Positions 11,501 to 22,360 of a DNA stretch of 48,696 nucleotides are shown one piece after another (the stretch's first letter is position 1; each line of letters opens with the position of its first letter). The notes under the pieces are model-generated. The model saw only the letters and a list, made by a program, of their open reading frames with translations, did not search any database and was not told the DNA's origin. Made by a program: the position numbers and the translations under genes. This DNA is from Patescibacteria group bacterium. GTDB taxonomy: Bacteria > Patescibacteriota > Gracilibacteria > BD1-5 > UBA6164. Location of the stretch: contig JAVHPF010000029.1 of assembly GCA_036170435.1 (NCBI GenBank), forward strand, positions 1 to 48,696. Reading direction: 5' to 3'.

Positions 11501-14500
11501 TCTAATTCTGCAAATATATACTTAAAAGCTGATAGTATAAAAGATTCTTCTTATTCAAATATATCTTGTGCTAGTCCAGTTTCTTGAGTAACTTGTTCTT
11601 ATAGTGCCAATATTGCTACATATACTTTTTCAGCTTGAGCTTTAGCTAGTTTATGAAGTTGAGTAAAACAAGTACAATTTACAGCAGCAAATACTTCAGG
11701 AATAAATACTTGAACAACTTTAGCTTCGATTACCCTTGATAATACATCTCCTAGTGTTGCTAGTGATACTCTAACTGCTCCTATTTCTTGAACTATAGGT
11801 TGAACTAGCACAAATATTACTTGGACTCCTAGTAAAATAAGTGACAATATGTGAGTTTCTTATATAAAATTAGAATATTCTTCTGATTGAGGTTCTAACT
11901 GGAATCTTATTTCAACGTGAGCAAATTCTTGAACTTATCCATGGAATATTACAAGTTTAACTTCTTGATCTAATTACGAAGTAAAAATAAGTGCTTACGA
12001 TGTTGTTTGACAATCAAATTCTGCTATTTGAGGAATATTTGCAATAGACAAAGTTCCACCAACTGTTCCATCAAATACCATAACTTATCCAAGTAATACT
12101 TGAATAAAATTAAAATGATGAGCAAGTGTAAATATAACTTGGAATACATGATGAATTACAGATAATATAGGGCTTGCTACAAACCCAATAACTTTATACT
12201 ATTCAATTGATTGATGAACTAATTATATTCAAATTGCTACAAATCTAGCAAATAATTGAACATATACTTGGACTGTTCCAAGTTTAGATAATACTACAAT
12301 GAAAATAAAATTAGAAGCAAGCGATAATGTTGCTAATAAATCTTTTGATATATCTGATAATAATTTTGAAATTGATTCTACTGTTCCAGTATTAACAGTA
12401 ACTGAAGCTTGAAATGGATGAAATACTCCTCAAACAAATAAATATGTAAATAATTCTTGAATAGACTTAACTGCTACTATTACAGATAAAAATTTATCAG
12501 GATGAAATGCTACTTATTCTTTTTATAATGCAACAACTAGTACTTATTGGAATTGAACTAGCTATGTGTGATCAGAAGTTTATAATGCATTAACAAATAT
12601 TAATGCTGCATCTTATAATTTATCAAATACTATAAATCCTAGTATAACAAATTGAAATACATATAAATTAAAACTTAGAGCAAGTGATATTGTTTGAAAT
12701 AATTATACAATACCTGAAATAACTTATCAATGAGATACTGTTAATCCTATTGTTTGATTTACAAATTGAGCTACTATTTATTCTAGTTGAACTGTTCTTA
12801 TTGCTTGAACATCTAGTGATGCGAGCTCTTGAGTAGGTGCTGTAAAATTAGAAATAACAAATTGATCTAATTATTTTGATTGAAGTTCATTTCAATGATC
12901 TTTAACACAACTTGCAACTACTACAAGTAATTCTTATGCTAATTGGAATTATAATTTCACTATTCCTGGAATAGTGGCAGATTGAACTAGTATAAATGTA
13001 AAATCTATTGCTTATGATAAAGCTTATAAAACTCCAAATTTTTGATCTGGTAATATAAGTGTAATAAAAGATACTACTTGACCTGTAATTTCAACTTGAG
13101 TTATAACATATCCTGCTGGATGAGAATCTTTTAGATGAGGACAAAACATAAATATAACTTGGAATACTTGAGCAATAAGTGATGCTGTTTCTTGAATAGC
13201 TGCAAATTCTATATCTTTAGAATATTATAACTGAACTGCTTGGCTTCCTTTAGCTAGTGGTCTTCCAAACTCTTGATCTTATAACTGGAATATTGCAACT
13301 ATTGATTATAATAATGCAAAAATAAGAATTACAGCTACTGATAATGTATGAATTTCCACTTCTCAATTAAGTGCATGATTTTTAGTTGATAGTCTACCTC
13401 CTCATGTAAGTAATGTGGAAACTATGGATAATGATGCAAATGGGCAAGTTGATTGATTACTTGTTAGTTTCAGTGAACCTATAAAAGATAATTCAATAAA
13501 TACATCTAAATTTTCTATCTCAAATTGAATAAATATAACTTGAACTGGTACAGCTTGAATTACAGATGATAACCAATTGACTTTATATTTTACAAACACT
13601 TGATCTAGTAATTTTACTCCGACTTTGACTTATACATCATGAGCTGTAACCGATTTTGTTGGAAATAATCTTATTGCCTGAAATATGATATCAGTAGATA
13701 AAGTTGTTCCTAGAGCACAAAGTGTTCAAATTTTTGATACTAACTCAAATTGAAAACTAGATAAAATAGAAGTGACTATGAGCGAACCTCTTACGGCAAG
13801 TTCTGTAAATAATTGATGGACTATTAATAATGCTTATAATTGAATGAGTGTATCTTCAGTAAATACTTCATCAAATAAAATAAATTTAATACTAAATGAA
13901 TCTAGTGCATTTAATACAGCAACTGGCAATCTAGCACTTAGTTTAAATAATACAATTTATACTGATTTAGCTTGAAATTTAGCTTGAAATATAACATCTA
14001 CTCCTATAGAAGATAAAGCTAGTCCAGTTTTACTTAGTTCTAGTACAAGTGATAATAATTCAAATTATAAAGTTGATAAAGTAAATTTATTATTTAGTGA
14101 AAATATAGCAAATATAAATCCTAGTAATTTAAGTTTATCTTATTTATCTACTTGATCTAGTATATCTAGTTTAACTTGAACTGGAACTTCTACATTAAGT
14201 TTAAATTTAGCTGAAACTAGTAGTGATAATGATTCATCTTATAAACCAAATGTTATTTATAGTTGAACTTCATTAAAAGATTCATCAAATAATACTACGG
14301 CTAATTTCAACCTAGCAGTAACAGATTGAGTAAGCCCTAAAATAATTTCTAGAGAAACTCTTGATTCAAATAATAATGGGAAAGCTGATGCAGTTAAAAT
14401 AAATTTTAGTGAAAATATAAACTGAAATATTTCATCTACTCTTATTTGAGTGAATTCATATAACATAGCATCTTATGCTACTTGATCTAATTATATAATT

Positions 14501-16159
14501 GCAAATGTTGATGAAAAAGATGTAATTGATACATCAGTATTACTTGACTCAAAAATTATTTCAAATACTTCACTAAAAGATTCTGATTGAAATTTAGTAT
14601 TAGCTGAAGCTTGATATTCAACTTCGAGTGATAAAATGTGACCAGTTATATCATTTGCTAGATTTGATTCTATAGATAAATTATATCTTAGTTTTAGTGA
14701 AAATATTACAAATGCTAGCTTACTTGCTTCTGATTTTGTATTAACTTGAACTACAGCTAGTATAATATGAGTAAATTTCACTTCATGAACAAACTCAGCA
14801 ATATTAACTTTGAGTTCTTCTAATATAACATATTGAACATCAACTATAAGTTTTAAAACAAATACAGCTAGTGATTCTGCTTGAAATAAACAAACTAATC
14901 AAGTATTTGCTCGTATTAGTCCTAGTGTAGTAATAAATGAAGTTATGTACTCTAATACTAAAGCAAATCAATATATAGAACTTAGAAATATGTGAAATAC
15001 TTCTGTTTCTATGTCTGGATGGATTTTACAAAATGCTAGCAATTCTGGAACTACAAATTTAAGTCTTCCAGCTTGAGCTACGATTTGAGCTAATTGATAT
15101 TATCTGATAGTAAATTCTAATACTTCCCTATCAATATTATCTTGATCTATAAGTCCTAATTATATAACAAGTTCTTTGAGTTTAAATAGTTCAAGTCAAT
15201 CAAACATAGTTATTACTGATAATTTATGAGCTATCTATGATTCAGTTGTTTCATTTCCTTGGGCAGCATGAAATTCAGTTTCAAATATTTCTATGGAAAG
15301 AAAAAATGTTCCTTGAAATTGAACAGTTTGAACAAATTGGTATTCTGCAGTAGCTTCTGTTTGATTTGATGACTTAATACCTAAATGAACTCCTGGAACT
15401 GATAATAAAATAGATGTAACTCCTCCTGTTATTTGATCATTTACTCCTACAGAAAATACACTATTTCCTATTTGAGATAATGTAAATTTAACTTATAATT
15501 ATTCTGATGATATAGCTTGAGTTTCTACTGGAACATCAAATATAGTAATACAAAAATATAATTGAGTTAGTTTTGATACTTTAGTTTCTCAAATAGCTTC
15601 TAGTAATATAGGTACTACAAGTGCTAATTATACGCTTAATCATCTTAACTTTGGTAAATATAAAGCTGTTTTTACTATAGATGATAAAGCTGGAAATACC
15701 GTAACTCAAGTTATAAATTTCTATGTTGATAAAGTAGAATTTGTTGTATCAACTTGAAGTGTAGATATTTGAAGCGTAAAGGCTAATATCTGAAAATATG
15801 CTGTAGTTGAAGAATCTATAACAGTAAAAACTCTTTGAGCTGGATTTAATCTTTATAACTGAAAAGCTGGAGCATTAAGTAAATGATTAACAGATATTCC
15901 TGATTATTCTTGAGCTACAAATTATTGATTTGGTTTTGATTTATATAAAAATGAAAATTGAACAATAAGAGATTATAACTCAATAATAAATCCAGTAAAT
16001 AATACTATTGTTTGAAATATAACAAAAGATGTATCAAGTTCTGACTGAACTCAAAAAACATATTTTTATAAAATTAAATATTATGTAAGAGTTGATGATT
16101 TACAAGCTGCTTGAAATTATTCTACAAATGCAAATTTCAACTTAGTTCTGAATTATTAA
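8588..16159 (+). CDS. giant cell-surface protein with Ig-like repeat arrays and a lamin-tail domain (2523 aa)
   Basis: ATG 8588, TAA 16157-16159; continuous frame with no TAA/TAG, and roughly one codon in ten is TGA. Signal peptide MRKIFSFLTLFFLISNIVCS. ~100-aa repeats (ITWNTGGITDN...TYTWTVPSL...ASDNVAN; DNDANGQVDGLLVSFSEPI, DTNSNGKLDKIEVTMSEPL, etc.). LTD motif VVINEVMYSNTKANQYIELRNMGNTSVSMSGWIL at about 14927-15400. Confidence 0.85.
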
Positions 16160-16165
16160 AATTAC

Positions 16166-16198
16166 AAAAAAGAGAGATTTCTAAAATCTCTCTTTTTT
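16166..16198 (+). terminator. rho-independent terminator after the giant gene
   Basis: Perfect 14-bp stem aaaaaagagagatt / aatctctctttttt, loop tctaa, ending in a T-run. Confidence 0.75.
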
Positions 16199-16300
16199 GT
16201 TTAGAAATAAACAATAATATTCTAAATTGTCAATCATTTTATTTTAAAAATTAGTAAATATATGTTAGAATATATGTAAATAAATTTAAATAAAATAATT

Positions 16301-17059
16301 ATGGAAAATTACTCTTTTAAAATACTTGGTAAAAAATACTATTTCAGAAATGAAAACGAATTATCTCAAATTATGTGAATACTTGGTTGAGATGATTCTA
16401 TTGCTGAGTTAATCCACTGGAATATAATAATGCAACTTGATGAAGACCTTTTGAAAATAATCAAAACATACAAAGGACTTTTGAAATTTCTGAAAACATT
16501 AAGTAAGAAAAATTATATGCTACTTTTACTTAAAATATGAGATAATCTGCATAATATAGTTTGAAGTTCAAAATATTTATGAGAAATTTTAGCGAGAATC
16601 CCTGAAGAAGAAAATAAAATAATTTTAATAAAAAGACTTAGATTAAAATGATTAAAATTATTTATCAGAGATGCTCACGATTTAAAAAATATATTTGAAT
16701 TTGTTTATGATAAATCAGAAACTGAATTACTTGAAACTCTATGAGAAGACTTTATAAAAGAAACTTTTACTAGGACTAATGAGATAATAATGACTCTTCA
16801 TTATCTAAGTAATACAAACAAAGAAAAACTTATAAATATGCTTTGACTTGAAAATGTTTATAAAAAAATAAAAACCTATAAAGATTTACTTGTTATGTTT
16901 AAATGACTGACACTTAAACAATCAAAAGAATTGCTAACATTTTATAAAAAAGAAGAACTAGTTAAATTTTTCTTAAATGATGAAGAATTTCACTATTTTC
17001 TACTTAGACTTCCCCATGAAAAAGAAAAAATATTTTTAAATTATTTATGAATTAAATAA
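16301..17059 (+). CDS. hypothetical alpha-helical protein (252 aa)
   Basis: ATG 16301, TAA 17057-17059; every line checked in frame, 13 in-frame TGA, no TAA/TAG. No recognisable motif or signal peptide. Confidence 0.5.
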
Positions 17060-17061
17060 AT

Positions 17062-18213
17062 ATGACAACAATAAAAACATCACTCAAAAAAACTAATAAA
17101 AAAGTAAAATGAGCAATAAATCCTGAATTCATAGCAAAAAAGATAAAAGAAGAGATTAGAAAAAATAAAAATAAAACTCTTTTTTTGGAAAAATTGGATA
17201 ATTTAGAAAAAAGTATCTGACCTAAATATCCTATTGTTGATGCGCATGTTCATGTAGTTGATTTTTTATGAGAAACTGAATGACTTAAAAATCTGCTTTA
17301 TTATATGAATAAATCAAATATAGAAAAAGCTGTGATTTTTGGTACTCCTACAAAAAAAATATGGTCAGAAAATGAAAGAGAAAGACCTGAATATTATCTA
17401 GATGATGATAATGAATGTTATTATGATTCTTCAACTGATACAATAGTAGCTAACGAGTATAATAGTTTATCAAAGAGTGAAAAAGAAAAATTTTTCCCAC
17501 TAATGTGTTGATTTAATCCTATGGATATAGATGCAGTAAATTATATTGAGAGAACTTTTAAATATAATCCTTGAGTATTTTGCGGAATTTGAGAAATTCT
17601 TTATAGACATGATGATTTAACATTTCAAACTCAATGAGAAGCTCCAAGAATGAATACAAAAGCGACTTCAAAAATACTTGAATTTGCTTCAAAATATGAT
17701 TTACCTGTAATGATTCACAATAATATCACCTCTCCTGGAGTTTCTGATTATCCAAAATATTTACATGAAATGGAATCTATGCTAATGGAATATCCAAAAG
17801 CTAAAGTAGTATTTACTCATTGTTGAGCATCAAGAAGATTAAATGCTCCATATTACGCTAAAATGATTGATAGATTATTATCTGAATATCCTAGACTTTA
17901 TGTGGATTATTCTTGGGTTGTTTTCGATGATATAATTTCTATAAGTAGTGTAACAATTGAGGAATGGATAGCTTTGACTGAAAAATTTTCTGATAGAGTT
18001 ATGATAGGTTCAGATATTCTTGGAAACTGATTTTATAAAATATGAGTTACAAACTCTAGATTTAATCATTTTCTTGATTCATTAAGTGAAAAAACTAGAG
18101 AAAAAGTTTGTAGAACAAATGCTATAAATTTATATAAAAATTCTAAAAATAGAGTAGAAAAATGACTACAAATCAAATACCCTAGTTTAAGTGAAATTAA
18201 ATTACACAAATAA
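17062..18213 (+). CDS. amidohydrolase-2 type metal-dependent TIM-barrel hydrolase (383 aa)
   Basis: Motifs PIVDAHVHVVDF, LPVMIHNN, VVFTHCG(TGA)ASR, MIGSDILG. In frame with track ORF 17305-17511. TAA 18211-18213. Confidence 0.7.
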
Positions 18214-18242
18214 ATATAAAATAGTAAATAGAACAAAACTTG

Positions 18243-18282
18243 AATAAGAGTATGTATTAAGTAATATATGCTCTTATTTTTT
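18243..18282 (+). terminator. terminator hairpin after the amidohydrolase gene
   Basis: aataagag(tatgtatt)...(aatatatg)ctcttatt, about a 16-bp stem including two G-U pairs, followed by tttt. Confidence 0.55.
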
Positions 18283-18294
18283 ATGTAATTAAAA

Positions 18295-19374
18295 ATGGAA
18301 ATTAAAGATAAATGAAATTCATCTATTTTAGAAGACAAAACAGGATGAAATGAAAATATAAAAATAGCCTCTAATGTAGATCAGATTCTAGAAAAACACT
18401 GAATAAGTGAAGGAAAAAGATTCGATATTAATCAAGATATTCGAATGCTTGAAACTGATATAAAATCACAAATAGATAATATCATAAATTTAGATACTGA
18501 TATTTTAAGTGAGTTAATTGAAAAATTACCTTTCCCTTCTGTTAGGTATTCTGCATCTTGAGAAATATTAAATTGGAATAATAAAATGGAATATTTAACA
18601 TGATATTCAAAAGAAGAAATATTAGACTATACAAAAAATTGAGGAAATCCAATGGAATTATTTTATTGATATGATAAAAAAGAATTTGAAAGAGTTAAAT
18701 TTTTCTTATCAATGTTAAAAGAATGAGATTGATATGAAGATCGAGAATTTGATATGATAACAAAATATGATGTTATAAAATATACTTTTTGGAATAGTTA
18801 CCCTACAAAAGATTGATGAAATATTAGATTAATGATTAGACAAGAATATCCAGAACAAAAAAAAGATCAAGAAAATGCTTTAGTTTTAAAAGATCAAGAA
18901 ATAAACAGATTAACTGAATTAGTAAAAAGACTTGAAAGAGAGATAAATAATAAGGATAAACAAAAACAAGATGAAATCAATGACGTAAAAACAAGTTTAT
19001 TATCAGCATCATTATGAAAAGATAAACTAATAGATGTATTAATAGAAAAATTATCTTACCCAACAGCAAGATATAATTCTACTGGAAGAGTTATAAACTG
19101 GAATTCTAAAATGGAAGAAGCAACATGATATTCATTTGATTTTATACAAGAATGGCAAGATGAATGAAAAACACTTGCGGAATTATTTTATTCTTATGAT
19201 GAAAAAGAATTTAGATGAGCTAGTAATTTTATTTGATCATTAGAAGAATGACAATCATATGAAGCTTCATTTAAAGCAAAAATAGCAAACTGAGAAATAA
19301 GAAACTTTTTTTGGCAAAGTACTGGAATAAAGGATTGATGAAGTATTAGAATGATAATAGATTTATTAGATTAA
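18295..19374 (+). CDS. tandem PAS-domain protein with central coiled coil, no output domain (359 aa)
   Basis: Two PAS-like cores: FPSVRYSASGEILNWNNKMEYLTGYSKEEIL and YPTARYNSTGRVINWNSKMEEATGYSFDFI, each followed by ...F(W/F)...KDGGxIR. Linker KDQEINRLTELVKRLEREINNKDKQ. In frame with track ORF 18832-19017. TAA 19372-19374. Confidence 0.65.
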
Positions 19375-19377
19375 AAA

Positions 19378-19415
19378 ATAAAGACATTGAAAATAATCAA
19401 TGTCTTTATTTTTTA
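19378..19415. terminator. bidirectional terminator between the PAS gene and the rhs locus
   Basis: Perfect 13-bp stem ataaagacattga / tcaatgtctttat, loop aaataa, then tttttt. Confidence 0.7.
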
Positions 19416-19441
19416 TATAAACTTTAATTTTTAAAAGAACC

Positions 19442-20082
19442 TTACTTGAAATCTGCTAAGCAAATATCTTTTCAATCTATTATTAGTTTTTTACCATCAT
19501 ATTCTCAATTTTTTAATGGGTCTATGAAATCAGCTAAATTTCTAATTTATGAATTTAATTTTATATTTCATAAATTAGGGTCTATGGTTATATCTCAGAA
19601 AATGTTATGAGTATTAAAACTATAAAGATTCTCAAAATAAGTTCATAAATAATTAAATCTATCAATTACCATAGCTAATTCTTTCTCCTTCCCCATTGAA
19701 TCTACAAACATCACACTATTATTCCCAACATAACTATATAAATTTATATCATCAACTTGCCCAATTGGATCTCTTGATATAAATCTTCCAAGTTCTGCAG
19801 AATAATATCTTACTCTGTAATAATATAATCCTATTTCTTTATCAAATTCTCTTCCAGTAAATAATCTAGAATTATTTATTTTTGACTCTTTAAATTCTCT
19901 CCAATTATAACTTTTTCAATCTCTTATATAAGCTTTTCCAAAAACATAATATTTATCCCCCAAGAGGACGTCCTATGGGCGTACTCTTCTACTACTTTTC
20001 CTTTTTCATCTGTAATTGTAGTAATACTTCATAATTGGTTTTTAGTATAGTAATAAACTTTAAAATATTTTAATTTTACTTG
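19442..20082 (-). pseudogene. rhs: orphan Rhs core + C-terminal tip cassette 1, disrupted
   Basis: 19692-20062 is homologous to the main rhs core (22893-23237): NQLGSITTITDEKGKVVEEY ... GRFISRDPIGQVDDINLYSYVGNNSVMFVDSMG. A 26-nt GC-rich insert (19957-19982) shifts the frame, giving TAA at 19924-19926 in the upstream frame. The short tip ends at TAA 19547-19549; the same frame reopens until TAA 19442-19444. Confidence 0.75.
19957..19982. repeat. 26-nt GC-rich palindromic insertion (cccccaagaggacgtcctatgggcgt)
   Basis: Absent from both other rhs core copies, which read atttat|actcttc. Contains the perfect 10-nt palindrome aggacgtcct. Its length is not a multiple of 3. Confidence 0.8.
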
Positions 20083-20089
20083 TTATAAT

Positions 20090-20764
20090 TTAATTATCTA
20101 TATACCAAATCTTTTTCATAAATCAAAATCTAGATATTAATAAAAGAACTGATTGTTTTTTAGGAATTTCAGTTATAGCTTCTCAATAAATATCTGTAAG
20201 ACGGGTATCTTGTAATGAAATCCTTATTTGTTGCTGATTTTCTAATGTATTATAAGTTCATAAAATTAATGATTCATTTCATATTTTCCAATAATAGAAA
20301 GTAGTTCAAAACTTATTAAATGTATCAGGATTACCAAAAATTCAAGATAATTTTAATAATAATCATGAAAAAATAGAATAATTCCACTCTCAATTATTAT
20401 ATATACTTATTTTATCAACCGATAATAGAATTTTACCATTATCAAATTTCTTATTAGGTGGTATAGTTACAAAATTAAAGTATTTATTTGGAGTAATTTT
20501 AAATAATGGCTGGTAAATAAAATTTTCAAAAAAATCTAATTTAATATCTTTTTTAAAAGTTATAGATTTTTCTGGAGAATATAAATAAATATTATTATTT
20601 TCTGTGGGTATAAATAATACTGGTTCATCAATTGTATTATCTCAATAATATCAAAGAATTTTATTATTATAATAAATATATTCTCAAAATCAAATAGAAA
20701 ATATACTGTAAAACATCAAGATTAATGATAGTATAATAAGTCATTGTTTAATTATTTTTTTCAT
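20090..20764 (-). CDS. membrane-anchored protein in the rhs locus, possible accessory or orphan immunity (224 aa)
   Basis: ATG 20764, TAA 20090-20092, ends checked. N-terminal TM helix GLIILSLILMFYSIFSIGF. No recognisable domain. Confidence 0.5.
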
Positions 20765-20807
20765 AATTTTAAATAATTATCATAATTAAGAAAAAGACTA
20801 AAATATA

Positions 20808-21173
20808 CTATTTATATTCTATCTCTTTTATAAAATCAGTACTTCAATCTGAATTTTTATAATATATTTTATATATTCATTTTTTATCTAAATCAATAGA
20901 AATTTCATTTTTAGGATTAAGTAAAAATTTAAAAAACTTTGTATAAAATGATATATATATTTTTTCATCCTCAATTGAATATTCTATATCTGAAACTCAT
21001 ATAGATGAGTCTCAGATATATCAATTTATATATAAAATATTCTTAGTAGTACTAATCTCTAAAAATTTTCATCAATTGTTAACAAATGTTCATTTTGAAA
21101 TAGACATATTATATATTATTGATAATAATATCAGTAATATAATTATAATTATTATTGAAAAAAAAGTTTTCAT
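20808..21173 (-). CDS. putative Rhs immunity protein 2, N-terminal TM anchor (121 aa)
   Basis: ATG 21173, TAG 20808-20810, all codons checked. TM helix FFSIIIIIILLILLSIIY. Lies directly downstream of orphan toxin cassette 2. Confidence 0.6.
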
Positions 21174-21227
21174 TATTAATTAAGTTAATAATATAAATTT
21201 TAGCTGTTATAAATTAAATATATAGAT

Positions 21228-21983
21228 TTATAAATTATTTATTGAATCTGCAAGCGTATTAGGATTACTTATTCAAAAAGAATTCCTATCTTCTAACTTA
21301 TATTCAGATACAGTATTCCAAGCATCTGATGCCCAAGCACTACATGGATAAGCATATCCCCATTTAATATTATAAATACTATAATATATATAATCATTTA
21401 ATATTTCCATTTTATTTTTATCTAATTCAAGTTTTGCATATTCAAAATTATCATAATTTAAATATGTTTCTGGTCAATTTACTTGAATTCAATCACTTAC
21501 AGGATATTTTAAACTATCTCTATCTGGCCATAATCAATATGTAATTGTATGTCAATTTTTTGTTATTTCTATCCAGCTATGTCCTTCAATAAACGATTCA
21601 TTTCAACTACTTCATCTATCAGAGTATATCGTCAATATAGCTTTTTCTAAACCCATCGGATCAACAAACATCACACTATTATTCCCAACATAACTATATA
21701 AATTTATATCATCAACTTGTCCAATTGGATCTCTTGATATAAATCTTCATAAATCTGCTGAATAATATCTTGCTCTATAATAATATAATCCTGTTTCCTT
21801 ATCAAACTCTCTTCCAGTAAAAAGTCTTGTATTATCAATTTTACTTTCTTTAAACTCTCTCCAATTATCAGATTTTCAATCTCTTATGTAAGCTTTTCCA
21901 AAAACATCGTATTTATACTCTTCTACTACTTTTCCTTTTTCATCTGTAATTGCAGTAATACTTCATAATTGGTTTATTCTATT
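21228..21983 (-). CDS. rhs: orphan Rhs core + toxin-tip cassette 2 (251 codons open, no start codon at its 5' end)
   Basis: Open from the TAA at 21984-21986 down to TAA 21228-21230. 21652-21975 matches main rhs 22893-23216, including a 120-bp identical block. Carries ...RFISRDPIGQVDDINLYSYVGNNSVMFVDPMG then a divergent tip with GHSWIEITKNG...YPCSAWASDAWN. The first ATG/GTG lies just before DPMG. Confidence 0.75.
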
Positions 21984-22350
21984 TTACTTTTCAAAAACAA
22001 TATTCTCAATAATTATTTAAATAACACATCTCATATCAAATAAACTTTTTTGCCTCAAATAAATAATTATTTTCTAACTTATCTGTTGTATTTAAATATC
22101 TAAAATATAATTTCTTCTTATTTTCATCTTTTTCTAAATTTACTATACCATTATAGATATTTCCAGAATCACCCCAAAATGAAATATATGTTCAAGTTTG
22201 ATAAATACTTAAAAATTCAAAAGGTTTCATACTTTTATGATAACTATTAATTCGAAATATATAATATATCAATACTAATGCAAAAATTAATGTTATAGAT
22301 AAAAATATTATCATTATATATTTTATTATTTTATAAGTTTTATTTTTCAT
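21979..22350 (-). CDS. putative Rhs immunity protein 1, N-terminal TM anchor (123 aa)
   Basis: ATG 22350 lies 11 nt after the rhs stop. TAG 21979-21981, all codons checked. TM helix IIKYIMIIFLSITLIFALVLIYYIF. Confidence 0.65.
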
Positions 22351-22360
22351 TACAATTAAA

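Noticed and set aside
10235-14781. Track ORFs on the minus strand (10235-10423, 11599-11847, 13402-13599, 14257-14466, 14491-14781)
   Set aside because: They are antisense to the continuous 2523-aa plus-strand frame, give low-complexity translations with no motifs, and exist only because antisense TGA-poor stretches escape standard-code stops.
19436-19450. gaaccttacttgaa as an attR-like copy of the tRNA-Gln 3' half (ttcgaacctacgaa)
   Set aside because: Only about 8-9 matching bases with an indel, in AT-rich DNA, and no integrase nearby. This is compatible with chance.
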